Positions 18,822-27,654 of a stretch of 64,000 nucleotides of DNA are shown piece after piece. The notes below the pieces were generated by a model. The model had not been told where the DNA came from and made no database searches. It saw nothing but the letters and a program-made list of their open reading frames with translations. Source of the stretch: an uncultured Chloroflexia bacterium (lineage in GTDB: Bacteria; Chloroflexota; Limnocylindria; Limnocylindrales; CSP1-4); contig CAVXUF010000005.1 in the NCBI GenBank assembly GCA_963764975.1, positions 88,454-152,453 of the forward strand, given 5' to 3'. A program made the translations under genes and the position numbers. How positions within the stretch are numbered: the stretch's first letter is position 1; the number at the start of each line of letters is the position of its first letter.

Positions 18822-19748
18822 ATGACCGACTATGACGAGCAGGGGCTCCTGATCGACCTCGAACCCGAGGCAGGCCGCCTCTACGACCGCCACGCCAAGG
18901 TGGCGCAGGAGTGGTTCCCCCACGACTACATTCCGTATCGCCTCGGACGCGACTTCGACAAGGAGCCCTGGACGCCAGATCAGCCGCGCCTGACCGGGGT
19001 CGCCCAAACCGCGTTCGAGATCGGCCTGCTCACCGAAGACAACCTGCCCTCCTATCACCGGCTCATCCACGGGATGTTCGGATCCGGCGATGGAGCGTGG
19101 ATCAACTGGATCGGGCGCTGGACCGCCGAGGAAGGTCGTCACGCCATCGTGCTGCGCGACTACCTGACCGTCACTCGCAACATCGACCCGATCCTCATCG
19201 AGCGGGGCCGCATGACGCAGCTCCAGACCGGCTACGACCGCGACTCGATCGACCCGCTGCGCGGGCTTGCCTACGTGGCCTTCCAGGAACTGGCGACGCG
19301 GATCTCGCACCGGAACACCGGGCGCTACTCGGACGACCCGGTCGCCGACAAGATCATGATCCGGATCGCGGCCGACGAGAACTTGCACATGGTGTTCTAC
19401 CGGGACATCCTCGGCGCGGCGATCCAGCTCCAGCCCTCGGCGGCGGTCCGCGCCATCGTCCATGAGATCCTCGCCTTCGAGATGCCGGGCAACGGGATCC
19501 CGGGCTTCATGCGCAAGGCGGCCGCGATCGCGAAGGCTGGCATCTACGACATGCGCGTCCACCGCGACGAGGTCCTCCTGCCGATCATCCGGCATTGGGG
19601 CCTGTTCGAGCTCCCGGGTCTCGACGCGTCGGCCAAGGCCGCCCTCGATGTCCTCGCCGCGCACCTCGCCAAGCTCGACGAGGCCGCCAAGCGGTTCGAA
19701 GCCCGACTCGCCGCGTCCGGGGTCACCCGGATGGCCGCCCCGAGCTGA
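18822..19748 (+). CDS. acyl-ACP desaturase (soluble di-iron, DesA type)
   Basis: EEGRH and ENLH (two ExxH di-iron motifs). Also NLPSYHR and WTAEE, typical of stearoyl-ACP-desaturase-like proteins. Confidence 0.85.
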   Translation: MTDYDEQGLLIDLEPEAGRLYDRHAKVAQEWFPHDYIPYRLGRDFDKEPWTPDQPRLTGVAQTAFEIGLLTEDNLPSYHRLIHGMFGSGDGAWINWIGRWTAEEGRHAIVLRDYLTVTRNIDPILIERGRMTQLQTGYDRDSIDPLRGLAYVAFQELATRISHRNTGRYSDDPVADKIMIRIAADENLHMVFYRDILGAAIQLQPSAAVRAIVHEILAFEMPGNGIPGFMRKAAAIAKAGIYDMRVHRDEVLLPIIRHWGLFELPGLDASAKAALDVLAAHLAKLDEAAKRFEARLAASGVTRMAAPS

Positions 19749-19764
19749 GCGTCGCGACGGCCGC

Positions 19765-20460
19765 GTGACCGAGGAGCCGACCCCGCGGCGAACGCGACCG
19801 AAGTTCACGCTGCCCGATCACGACCTCGACGAGACACCGACGGCGACGTTCGAGGCCCTCGTCTATGGGCCGCCGGCGCCGAAGTCGACACGACGCCAGC
19901 GCAAGTTCTCGCTCCCGGACCACCATCACGAGGAGACCGTCGGAGACCGCATCGAGGCGTTCCTCGACGGGCCTCCGGCCCGGCGTCGGCGTCCGCCGCG
20001 CCACGCGAAGCGTCGGCCGATCGAATTCGGCTCACCGGCCGACCTCCAGGCGGAACTCCGTCGTGAAGCGACTCGCCAGGCGCGCTATGGCCGGCCGATG
20101 GCCGTGCTGGTGATGGCGGTCCTGACCGACCGGTTCGTGCTGGGCGCCGCCGACGCGGCGGACCGCCGGTTGCGCGAGATCGTCGGTCGGGAGGTGCGCG
20201 AGACGGACCGAGCCGCGCGGGTCGCCGTCGGCCGCTTGCAGGTCATGCTCCCGGAGACGGGTGAGGACGAAGCGGCGAACCTTGCGACCCGCATCGAGCG
20301 CGCGTTCCGTGCCCCCACCGAGGACGGTGTCGGCGGGGGCGAGCTGCACATGGAGATCGTCATCCCGCGCCGGGGCATGGACCCGATCGACGCGCTGGCC
20401 GACGGTGAGCGCCGGCTCGCAGAGGCGCTCGGACGGCACCCGACCTCGTCGACGGCGTAG
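19765..20460 (+). CDS. degenerate GGDEF-like domain protein with a duplicated N-terminal motif
   Basis: C-terminal pattern PMAVLVMAVL...RETDRAARVAVGRLQVMLPET...ANLATRIERAF follows the GGDEF fold, but GRLQV replaces GGDEF. GTG start at 19765 is tentative. Confidence 0.6.
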   Translation: MTEEPTPRRTRPKFTLPDHDLDETPTATFEALVYGPPAPKSTRRQRKFSLPDHHHEETVGDRIEAFLDGPPARRRRPPRHAKRRPIEFGSPADLQAELRREATRQARYGRPMAVLVMAVLTDRFVLGAADAADRRLREIVGREVRETDRAARVAVGRLQVMLPETGEDEAANLATRIERAFRAPTEDGVGGGELHMEIVIPRRGMDPIDALADGERRLAEALGRHPTSSTA

Positions 20461-20479
20461 CGCGAGGGGTCCCGGTCCG

Positions 20480-21343
20480 TCAGATCCCGCCCGAGAACGT
20501 GTCGCAGTCGCTCGCGGGGTCACCGCCCTCATACCCGGCGGAGAACCATGCCTGGCGCTGCTCCGCGGACCCGTGCGTGAAGGCACTCTCGTTCACGCTG
20601 CCACCGCTCGCCTCCTGGATCCGGTCGTCGCCCACCGCCGCGGCCGCCTCGAGCGCATCCGCGATCTGCACGCGCGTCACCGGTGCCAGGATGCCCGCTT
20701 CCGCGTGGGCCGCCCAGACACCCGCATAGCAGTCGGCCTGGAGCTCCGTGCGGACCGAGCCGCCCTCCGGCCCAGCGCCCTTGGACTGTGGGCTGCCCAG
20801 CACGCCCGTCAGGTCCTGGACGTGGTGGCCGTACTCGTGGGCGACGACGTACGCCTGGGCGAACGGTCCGGCATCGGTCCCGAACCGCTCGCGGAGGACC
20901 TCGAAGAAACCGAGATCGAGGTAAACGAGCTGGTCGCTCGGGCAGTAGAACGGGCCACTCGCGGCGCTGGCGGGCCCGCAGGCGCTCTGGGTCGAGCCGG
21001 AGAAGAGCACGGTCTTCGAGGGCTTGTACTGGCCCGCGTCGAACGCCCCGGTCCAGTACGTCTGCACGCTGTTGACGTACCCGAGGATGCGGCAGTCGTC
21101 CCGCTCGTTCGCGTCGGCGCCGGTCCGGCACTCCGTCGCGAGGGCGGAGCTCTCCGGCCCCGTGACATTGCCCGGCTGAAGCAGCGGTCCGAGATCCTGT
21201 GGGTTGCCACCGAGGAGCACGTAGCCCAGGAGCAGGATCAGGCCGAGACCGCCGCCACCGATCGCGATGCCGCCGCGACCACCCATGCCGCGGCGGTCCG
21301 AGATCTGGCCGGGGTCGAGCCTGGCACCGGGATCGAAGGTCAT
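20480..21343 (-). CDS. ypfJ: YpfJ-family neutral zinc metallopeptidase
   Basis: N-terminal TM, then FYCP...YLDL and HEYGHHVQ (HExxH). Confidence 0.85.
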   Translation of the reverse strand: MTFDPGARLDPGQISDRRGMGGRGGIAIGGGGLGLILLLGYVLLGGNPQDLGPLLQPGNVTGPESSALATECRTGADANERDDCRILGYVNSVQTYWTGAFDAGQYKPSKTVLFSGSTQSACGPASAASGPFYCPSDQLVYLDLGFFEVLRERFGTDAGPFAQAYVVAHEYGHHVQDLTGVLGSPQSKGAGPEGGSVRTELQADCYAGVWAAHAEAGILAPVTRVQIADALEAAAAVGDDRIQEASGGSVNESAFTHGSAEQRQAWFSAGYEGGDPASDCDTFSGGI

Positions 21344-21486
21344 GGAAGCCTCGCACTGGGACGCGGGTAGACCGACATCCTACGGACTCGCCCCGGACAG
21401 CGCCATCGCACGACCGATGGACCCCGTTTCATCGAGCTCACAGGTCGAGTCGACGCAGGCAAGTCGACCTTGCGGCGAAGTCTTAG

Positions 21487-21543
21487 GTCTCTAGACATGA
21501 TGCCTCGAAATCTTGATACTTCCTATCTATGGATGCTAGAGAC
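21487..21543 (+). promoter_or_regulatory. inverted repeat plus promoter-like hexamers at the mod regulator start
   Basis: GTCTCTAGACAT (21487-21498) pairs with ATGCTAGAGAC (21533-21543). TAGACA, 17 nt, GATACT (21492-21520) would place the transcription start at about the ATG at 21529. The stretch is locally AT-rich. Confidence 0.45.
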
Positions 21544-21951
21544 GCCGGCGGACCCAACGCCCTGCGGGTGGGACAGGCCGCCGAGATGCTCGGCGTCACC
21601 GTGGAGACGCTGCGCCGGTGGGAAGTGGACGGTCGCCTCAAGATGGAGCGGTCGGCCGGCGGACAGCGCCTGGTGTCGATCTCGGACGTCACCCGACTGC
21701 TCGCGGAGCGACGCGGTCGGTCGGCGGATCGTCCGATCGTGGCCCAGTCCGCGCGCAATCGCTTCCCGGGCATCGTCACGCGCATCGAGCAGGATCGCGT
21801 CGCCGCGGTGGTCGAGGTGCTGGCCGGCCCGCACCGCCTCGTGAGCCTGATGACCGCCGAGGCCGTCGATGAACTGCGCCTCAAGGTGGGTGACGAGGCG
21901 GTCTGCGTCGTCAAGGCGACCAACGTCGTCGTCGAGATCCCGTCGTCCTAG
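21529..21951 (+). CDS. MerR/excisionase-type HTH fused to a TOBE (Mop) molybdate-binding domain; putative mod regulator
   Basis: LRVGQAAEMLGVTVETLRRWE is the HTH. SARNRFPGIVTRIE...AVVEV...VCVVKATNVVV is the TOBE part. It lies immediately upstream of modAB. Confidence 0.8.
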   Translation: MDARDAGGPNALRVGQAAEMLGVTVETLRRWEVDGRLKMERSAGGQRLVSISDVTRLLAERRGRSADRPIVAQSARNRFPGIVTRIEQDRVAAVVEVLAGPHRLVSLMTAEAVDELRLKVGDEAVCVVKATNVVVEIPSS

Positions 21952-21960
21952 GTCCGGCCC

Positions 21961-22755
21961 GTGCGTCGTCGCGTCGCGGTCCTGCTCGTCGTCGCCGCGA
22001 CCCTCGCGATGTCCCTTGGCGGCTGCTCGAGCGACGGCTCCCAGTCGACGACCCTGACCGTCTACGCCGCGGCGTCGCTCACCGACCCGATGGTCGAGAT
22101 CCGGGCGGCGTATGAGGCGGCCGTGCCCGGTCTCGAGATGACGGTGTCCACCGATTCGTCCGCGGCCCTCGCCGCGCAGATCCGAGAAGGCGCGCCGGCC
22201 GACGTGTTGCTCGCCGCGGATCAGGGCACGCCCCGCGCGCTGCTCGACGACGGGTCGGCCATCGGGCGGGCGGTGACGTTCGCGTCGAATGCCCTCGTCG
22301 TCGTCGTGCCGGCCGGCAATCCTGCCGCGATCCGAACGCCGGCCGATCTCGCGGCGCCCGGGGTCAGGATCATCGCCGCCGGCGACGCGGTGCCGATCAC
22401 CCGCTACGCCACCGAGCTCGTCGCCGGACTCGCGACCCTGCCCGGCTATCCGGCGGGGTTTGCCGAGCGTTACGCCGCCAACATCGCGTCACGCGAGGAC
22501 AACGTCCGCGCGGTCCTCGCGAAGATCGAACTCGGGGAGGGGGACGCGGGGATCGTCTACATCACGGACGCCCGGTCCTCGTCGGCCATCGAGATCGTGG
22601 AGGTGCCGGACGGCGCTCGCGTCGTCGCGACCTATGACGGTGTCGTGATCGCGACCGCGGCGGACGAGCCTGGAGCCGCCGTATTCCTGTCGTGGGTCGC
22701 GGGGCCGGACGGCCAGGCGATCCTTGGCCGTTTTGGCTTCGGGGGGCCGCCATGA
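21961..22755 (+). CDS. modA: molybdate ABC transporter substrate-binding lipoprotein
   Basis: Lipobox LGGCS, then LTVYAAASL, the classic ModA opening. GDAGIVYITDA also present. Confidence 0.85.
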   Translation: MRRRVAVLLVVAATLAMSLGGCSSDGSQSTTLTVYAAASLTDPMVEIRAAYEAAVPGLEMTVSTDSSAALAAQIREGAPADVLLAADQGTPRALLDDGSAIGRAVTFASNALVVVVPAGNPAAIRTPADLAAPGVRIIAAGDAVPITRYATELVAGLATLPGYPAGFAERYAANIASREDNVRAVLAKIELGEGDAGIVYITDARSSSAIEIVEVPDGARVVATYDGVVIATAADEPGAAVFLSWVAGPDGQAILGRFGFGGPP

Positions 22756-23573
22756 CGGGCTCGACAACCGCGACCTGGGGTGGTCGGTCGCTCTCGGCCG
22801 TGGCGGCGCTGTTCGCCGGCTTCCTCGCGCTGCCGATCGCGGTCCTCGTCGTCCGGGCGGTGCTCGACGGGTCGCTCGGGACGGCGCTGGGCTCCCCGAG
22901 CGTCGCTGACGCGCTGACACTGAGCCTCGCCACGACCGCGGCGAGCCTCGTGCTCAGCGTCGCCCTCGGCCTGCCGCTGGCCTACGTGCTGGCCCGTCGC
23001 CGGTTCCCGGGCAAATGGCTCGTCGAGGCGATCGTGGACCTGCCGATCGTGCTGCCTCCGTCGGTCGCTGGTCTCGCGCTGCTGCTCGTCTTCGGTCGGC
23101 GCGGCGTCCTCGGCGAGCCGCTCGACCTCCTCGGACTCGCGATCCCGTTCACGACGGTCGCGGTCGTCCTCGCCCAGACCTTCGTGTCGGCCCCGTTCTT
23201 CATCCGGGCGGCCCGCACGGGTCTTGCCACCGTCGACCGCGACCTCGAGGACGCGGCACGGGTTGACGGTGCGTCGGACCTGCACCTGTTCCGGACCATC
23301 ACCGTCCCACTGGCATCCCAGGCCCTGGCCGCAGGGCTCGTCATGACCTGGGCGCGGTCGCTGGGCGAGTTCGGCGCCACGATCATGTTCGCGGGCAACA
23401 TCGGCGGCCGGACCCAGACCCTGCCGCTGGTCGTCTACGGCGAGTTCCAGGCGGGCGGGCTCGACGCCTCGATCGCGGCCGCCGCCATCCTGATCCTGGC
23501 GGCGTTCGGTGTGCTGGTCGCGGTCCGGGCGCTCCACTGGGGCCAGGCGCTCGACGGACGAGCAGTGACCTGA
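22752..23573 (+). CDS. modB: molybdate ABC transporter permease
   Basis: ATGA overlap with modA. EAA-loop-like ARVDGAS...F..ITVPL. Five or six TMs. Confidence 0.85.
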   Translation: MTGSTTATWGGRSLSAVAALFAGFLALPIAVLVVRAVLDGSLGTALGSPSVADALTLSLATTAASLVLSVALGLPLAYVLARRRFPGKWLVEAIVDLPIVLPPSVAGLALLLVFGRRGVLGEPLDLLGLAIPFTTVAVVLAQTFVSAPFFIRAARTGLATVDRDLEDAARVDGASDLHLFRTITVPLASQALAAGLVMTWARSLGEFGATIMFAGNIGGRTQTLPLVVYGEFQAGGLDASIAAAAILILAAFGVLVAVRALHWGQALDGRAVT

Positions 23574-23621
23574 CCGGGCGCCCGCACCGGGACGGTGGAG
23601 CCGGCCTCAGGGAGCCACGGA

Positions 23622-24470
23622 TCAGCGTGAAGGGCTGTCGGTCCCGCGGTCGGCGAGGAACCGCTCGATATCCGCGATGAGGTCGTCGCCGGCGGGCAGC
23701 CGCTGCTCATCGACCATGGCCTCCAGCCGCTCGACATAGGAGCGCGTCGTCTCCTCCACCGCGGTCGCGGTGTCGAGACGCGTGCGGAGCTGGCGGGCCT
23801 CGTCCGCGAGGTCACCCGCGGGCAGGGGGACGCCAAGGTGTCGACCGAACGTCTCGAGCAGTTCGAGGGCGGCCGCCGGATACGGCCCGGAGATGTAGTG
23901 CGGGACCTGGGCGAAGTAGCCGAGCGCCGGGATCCCGGCCCGGGCCATCTCGATCTCGAGCGCCGAGACGAGCGCGGACGGGACCCGCAGCGTGCCGGCC
24001 GGGCCCGCCGGGACATCGGCGCGGAGCAGTCCCGGGGCCGATTCCGTGCCAAGGATCGGCACGGGCCGGGTATGCGGCACGGCGGCGGGGATCGCGCCGA
24101 GGCTGACCCACTCGGCGACGCCGAGCCGATGAGCGAGGTCGACCGCCGCGGCCACCAACTCGCGCCAGCGGTAGTCCGGCTCCATGCCGACGAGGATAAG
24201 GAGGTCCCGATCGCCGGCGCGCGTGTGGCGGATGACGAGTTCGGGCCAGGTCAGTTCGGTCAGGCGCCCGTCCACGATCTCGAGCGGGGGTCGGCGAGCG
24301 CGATAGTCGAACAACCGGTCGGCATCGAAGGTGACGATCGCCGGCGCGTCCGCGGCGAGCTGTCCGAGCGCCGTCGTGGCCGCGGAGCCGGCATCGACCC
24401 AGCCGTCGAACGCGGCCACCACTGTCGGCGCGACGAGGTCGCCTGGATCATCGAGGCGGAACAGGCTCAC
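23622..24470 (-). CDS. PAC2 (proteasome assembly chaperone 2-like) family protein
   Basis: VVAAFDGWVDAGSAAT...LLILVGMEPDYRW...LGAIPAAVPHTRP is the typical actinobacterial PAC2 pattern. Confidence 0.8.
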   Translation of the reverse strand: MSLFRLDDPGDLVAPTVVAAFDGWVDAGSAATTALGQLAADAPAIVTFDADRLFDYRARRPPLEIVDGRLTELTWPELVIRHTRAGDRDLLILVGMEPDYRWRELVAAAVDLAHRLGVAEWVSLGAIPAAVPHTRPVPILGTESAPGLLRADVPAGPAGTLRVPSALVSALEIEMARAGIPALGYFAQVPHYISGPYPAAALELLETFGRHLGVPLPAGDLADEARQLRTRLDTATAVEETTRSYVERLEAMVDEQRLPAGDDLIADIERFLADRGTDSPSR

Positions 24471-24485
24471 CCCGCAAGGATAGGC

Positions 24486-25235
24486 TCAGGACGGCGACGG
24501 AGCCGCCGAGGCCGGTGGCACCTCGCCCGCCGGGCCGGCCGAGAGCGTGCCGATGAACCGTGCCGCGAGATCCTCGTCGCCGCCGTCGATCACGAAGAGG
24601 TAGTCCTCGATGATGTACGCCCACCAGAACGACTCGCCTTCGGCCTCGCCGCCACGGGTGACGGTCTTGTCGCCGATGGTCACCGTGGAGGTCACGAACT
24701 CCGGGAACGAGGCCACGATGTCCGCGATCCAGGCATCACGGATCACGTCGGGAGCCAGCCCGTCGGCCTGGTAGACGCTCACGACGCCGTCGAGCTCGAA
24801 GTCGGCATCCGCCGCGGTCGCCCCGTGCAGGTCCGCTTCGGTCTTGCCCGCTGCCTCGAGGGCCGCGACGATCTCCTCGGTCAGCCCGTCGTCCGGCCCG
24901 TACAGCCCCGCGGACCAGCTCTGCTTCTCGAGCGTGTAGCCGTCGGCAGCACTCGGGAGCAGTGCTTCGAGTTCCGGGAATTCGTGGCTCGCCTCGATCG
25001 GCTCCTCGTCGATGAACTCGTCGGGGTCGGGCGTGTCGCTCGCCCGGGCGGTGATCGTCGCCCCGTCGTTGAGGACCATCACGGCCACGACCGTCCAGCC
25101 CGCCGTCGCGATGATGATGGCCGCGATCGCCAGCGCCGGCCAGAAGGATCCGCCCCCGGGCGGACGCGATTCGGGCCGCGGATCACCCGCCTCAGCGAGC
25201 CGCGCCCGTCGGACCTGCGTACCACGTTCGCGCAC
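24486..25235 (-). CDS. membrane-anchored hypothetical protein
   Basis: GTG at 25235 lies after GGGAGG. One TM, FWPALAIAAIIIATAGWTVVAVMVL, then an acidic extracytoplasmic domain. Confidence 0.55.
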   Translation of the reverse strand: MRERGTQVRRARLAEAGDPRPESRPPGGGSFWPALAIAAIIIATAGWTVVAVMVLNDGATITARASDTPDPDEFIDEEPIEASHEFPELEALLPSAADGYTLEKQSWSAGLYGPDDGLTEEIVAALEAAGKTEADLHGATAADADFELDGVVSVYQADGLAPDVIRDAWIADIVASFPEFVTSTVTIGDKTVTRGGEAEGESFWWAYIIEDYLFVIDGGDEDLAARFIGTLSAGPAGEVPPASAAPSPS

Positions 25236-25245
25236 GACGCCTCCC

Positions 25246-26217
25246 TCAGCCTCCCAGGTGCTCGGCCAGGAACCGGATCTTGGCCTGCTCGTGGAAGCCC
25301 TGGCCGCCCTCGTGGCCGTTGAACGGATACTCCACGATCCGCTTCGGTCCGCCGTACGCGTGGTAGGCGGCATAGACCGTGGACGGCGGCGTGATGTCGT
25401 CCATGAGTCCCACCGAGAACAGCGCTGGGGCGACGGCCCGCCGGCCGAGCACGGCCGTATCGATGTAGGACAGCGTCCGGAGCGCGAGGTCGAGATGATC
25501 GCGGTGGGCCTTCAGGTAGCGAGCGACCTCCGCGTAGGGTTCGGTCGCCACCAGGGTGATCGCGCGCGGGAAGTCGCTCAGGAACGGGACATCGGTGGCC
25601 ACCGCGACCACGTCCGGGACGAGCGCCGCCGCCGCGATGCTCAGGGCGCCCCCCTGTGACCCGCCGGTGACCGCGACGCGGGCGCCATCAACGACCGGAT
25701 GCGAGCGGATCGTCTCGATGGCGCGCGCGGCATCGGTGTAGACGCGCCGGTAGAAGTAGCTGTGCGGGTCGGTGATCCCCGCCGTCATGAACCCCGGGCT
25801 CGACGGTGCCCCACCGGCGCCGGGGTCGGGGGTATCGCCGACGAACCACGACGACCCCTGGCCGCGCGTATCCATCACGAGGTGGGCATACCCGGCGGCC
25901 GCCCACAAGGCGCGTTCGTGTGGCAGGCCGCGACCGCCGCCGTACCCGATGTACTCGACCACCCCCGCCAGCCGGTCGGCCCGATGGCGTGGCAGGTGCA
26001 GCCAGCCGCGGATGCGGTGACCACCGAACCCGGAAAAGGCGACGTCGAACGTCTCGATGGTCGCGAGACCGTTCTCGACCGGGTCGAAGGTGGGCGCGAG
26101 ATCGATGGCGCGCGCCTCGGCGAGGGTCGTCGCCCAGAAGGCGTCGAGGTCCGGAGGCGCCGGCAGCGCCGGATCGTAGGCGCGGAGCTGGTCGAGGGGC
26201 AGGTCGAACTGGGGCAC
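25246..26217 (-). CDS. CE7 acetylxylan esterase / cephalosporin-C deacetylase family
   Basis: MPQFDLPLDQLRAY opening, RGQG, nucleophile motif GGSQGG, and C-terminal HE. Confidence 0.85.
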   Translation of the reverse strand: MPQFDLPLDQLRAYDPALPAPPDLDAFWATTLAEARAIDLAPTFDPVENGLATIETFDVAFSGFGGHRIRGWLHLPRHRADRLAGVVEYIGYGGGRGLPHERALWAAAGYAHLVMDTRGQGSSWFVGDTPDPGAGGAPSSPGFMTAGITDPHSYFYRRVYTDAARAIETIRSHPVVDGARVAVTGGSQGGALSIAAAALVPDVVAVATDVPFLSDFPRAITLVATEPYAEVARYLKAHRDHLDLALRTLSYIDTAVLGRRAVAPALFSVGLMDDITPPSTVYAAYHAYGGPKRIVEYPFNGHEGGQGFHEQAKIRFLAEHLGG

Positions 26218-26229
26218 CGGGATCGCTCG

Positions 26230-26610
26230 CTACGCCGGGTCTGTCGGCCAGCGCGCCGGGGCGGGCGCGGAACGGGGCAGGTCCGCCCAGTCGGCTCGGA
26301 CCGGGGAGAAGATGTCGATCACGACCGCGCCGTCCGGACCCGCGACGGCGTCATGCGGTTGGTCCGACGGGATCCGCCACGTGCCGCCCGGCCCAAGCGT
26401 GCGCCGCTCGCCGTCGATCGTGAACGTGATGCTGCCGGTCAGACAGATCCCCATCTGCTCGTGGACGTGGTGATGCTCGGGAACGACGGCGTCGGGGGCC
26501 AGTTCGAGGACCGCGAGGCTCGCGTTGGATCCGGTGATCACGCGAGCCTTGACCGTCTCGCCCCAGACATCGAGTGCCGGGACATCACTGATATCGACGA
26601 GGTTGCTCAT
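26230..26610 (-). CDS. cupin domain protein
   Basis: VPEHHHVHEQMGICLTG...G..W.IP...H cupin motifs. Start taken at MSNLVDI (26610); the rest of the track ORF is over-extended. Confidence 0.8.
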   Translation of the reverse strand: MSNLVDISDVPALDVWGETVKARVITGSNASLAVLELAPDAVVPEHHHVHEQMGICLTGSITFTIDGERRTLGPGGTWRIPSDQPHDAVAGPDGAVVIDIFSPVRADWADLPRSAPAPARWPTDPA

Positions 26611-26644
26611 GGCCGCGATTCTGACACGTCCCCGGGAATCGAAC

Positions 26645-26671
26645 GACCCGAGTCGACTGACGACTCGGGTC
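26645..26671 (-). terminator. strong hairpin between the zinc-ribbon gene and the cupin gene
   Basis: GACCCGAGTCG-ACTGA-CGACTCGGGTC: 11-bp perfect stem. Confidence 0.45.
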
Positions 26672-26689
26672 GGGGATCGCACGGGTGTT

Positions 26690-26710
26690 GCGGGCCGACG
26701 TTCGGCCCGC
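26690..26710 (-). terminator. terminator-like hairpin after the zinc-ribbon gene
   Basis: GCGGGCCGA-CGT-TCGGCCCGC: 9-bp perfect stem, 12 nt downstream of the stop at 26723. No U-tract. Confidence 0.5.
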
Positions 26711-26722
26711 GCCGAGAGGGGA

Positions 26723-27091
26723 CTAGCCGCGCTGGCTGCGGAAGCAGTCGCTGCAGTACACGGGCTTGCCACTGGTTGGACGGAAGGGGACCTGGGCCTC
26801 CTTGCCGCACGATGAACAGGTCGCCGCGAACATCTCGCGAGGACCGCGGTCGCGGTCGCCGTAGCCACCGCCGCCACCACCACCGCCGTAGCTACCGGCG
26901 CCGCTCGAATAGCCGCCGCCGTAGCTGGAACCGCCACCCTCGCTGTTGCGGGCAGCCTTGCGGCTGGCGCGACAGGACGGGCAACGGCGCGGCTCGGTGA
27001 AGCCGCGCTGTGAATAGAAGTCCTGCTCGGACGCGGTGAACACGAATTCTTGTCCACAGTCCGCACAGGTCAGGTTCTTGTCGTTGTACAC
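26723..27091 (-). CDS. double zinc-ribbon protein with a Gly/Tyr/Ser-rich linker
   Basis: CADC-x24-CPSC at the N-terminus. Linker GGGSSYGGGYSSGAGSYGGGGGGGGYGDRDRG. C-terminal CSSC-x17-CSDC (CxxC-x17-CxxC). GTG start lies 10 nt after GAGAGGAGT. Confidence 0.8.
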   Translation of the reverse strand: MYNDKNLTCADCGQEFVFTASEQDFYSQRGFTEPRRCPSCRASRKAARNSEGGGSSYGGGYSSGAGSYGGGGGGGGYGDRDRGPREMFAATCSSCGKEAQVPFRPTSGKPVYCSDCFRSQRG

Positions 27092-27101
27092 GGAAACAGA
27101 A

Positions 27102-27163
27102 ACTCCTCTCGGCGATCCGACGCGATCCCTTCATCGGGTTCTCGCGTCAGTCGTGAGAGGAGT
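27102..27163 (-). promoter_or_regulatory. SD-sequestering hairpin in the 5' leader of the zinc-ribbon gene
   Basis: On the mRNA strand, ACUCCUCUC (27163-27155) is the perfect complement of the SD GAGAGGAGU (27110-27102). They are separated by a 44-nt loop. Confidence 0.45.
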
Positions 27164-27308
27164 CCGAGTGCGTCGTTTCGACGTATGTGGCCGCGAACGT
27201 TTTCACGGCGCTACGCCGCGCATCCTACGCGCTCTCGCTCGATCTGGCTAGCCCCAAGTTCGGGGCGCCCGGGAAGGTCGCGACGCGGACGATCGAGCAA
27301 CTGACGGA

Positions 27309-27332
27309 CGGCCCGCCCGGATGGACGGGCCG
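27309..27332 (-). terminator. weak terminator-like hairpin after cspA
   Basis: CGGCCCG-N10-CGGGCCG, 9 nt downstream of the stop at 27342. Confidence 0.35.
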
Positions 27333-27341
27333 ACCGCTGGA

Positions 27342-27545
27342 TTAGGCGGCGCGCACCTTGGCAGCGCGCGGGCCCTTGGGATTGCTTTCGATCTCGAACT
27401 CCACCTGCTCGCCGCCTTGGAGGCGGTCGAAATCAAGGGAAGCGTCGAGTCCGTCGCGATGGAAGAAGTACTCCTTCGCATCGTCGGCGGTGATGAAGCC
27501 AAAGCCTCGCTCGGCGATGACCTTCTTGATGGTTCCGGTGGTCAT
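27342..27545 (-). CDS. cspA: cold-shock protein (CspA family)
   Basis: MTTGTIKKVIAERGFGFITADD...YFFHR: RNP1/RNP2-like motifs in 67 aa. AGGAGG lies 7 nt upstream of the ATG. Confidence 0.9.
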   Translation of the reverse strand: MTTGTIKKVIAERGFGFITADDAKEYFFHRDGLDASLDFDRLQGGEQVEFEIESNPKGPRAAKVRAA

Positions 27546-27654
27546 CTGCGACCTCCTACACTCCCGAACTGGGATGGGCAGTCGCACGGCCTGTTCGAAA
27601 GGGCCGACCGCACGGAGCGTCGCGAGTTGCGACAAGGCGTAGAGCGTAGCACGG

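Noticed and set aside
23574-23621. Searched for a modC ATPase gene after modB.
   Set aside because: The 48-bp spacer is followed by a convergent PAC2 gene, so no ATPase ORF exists here.
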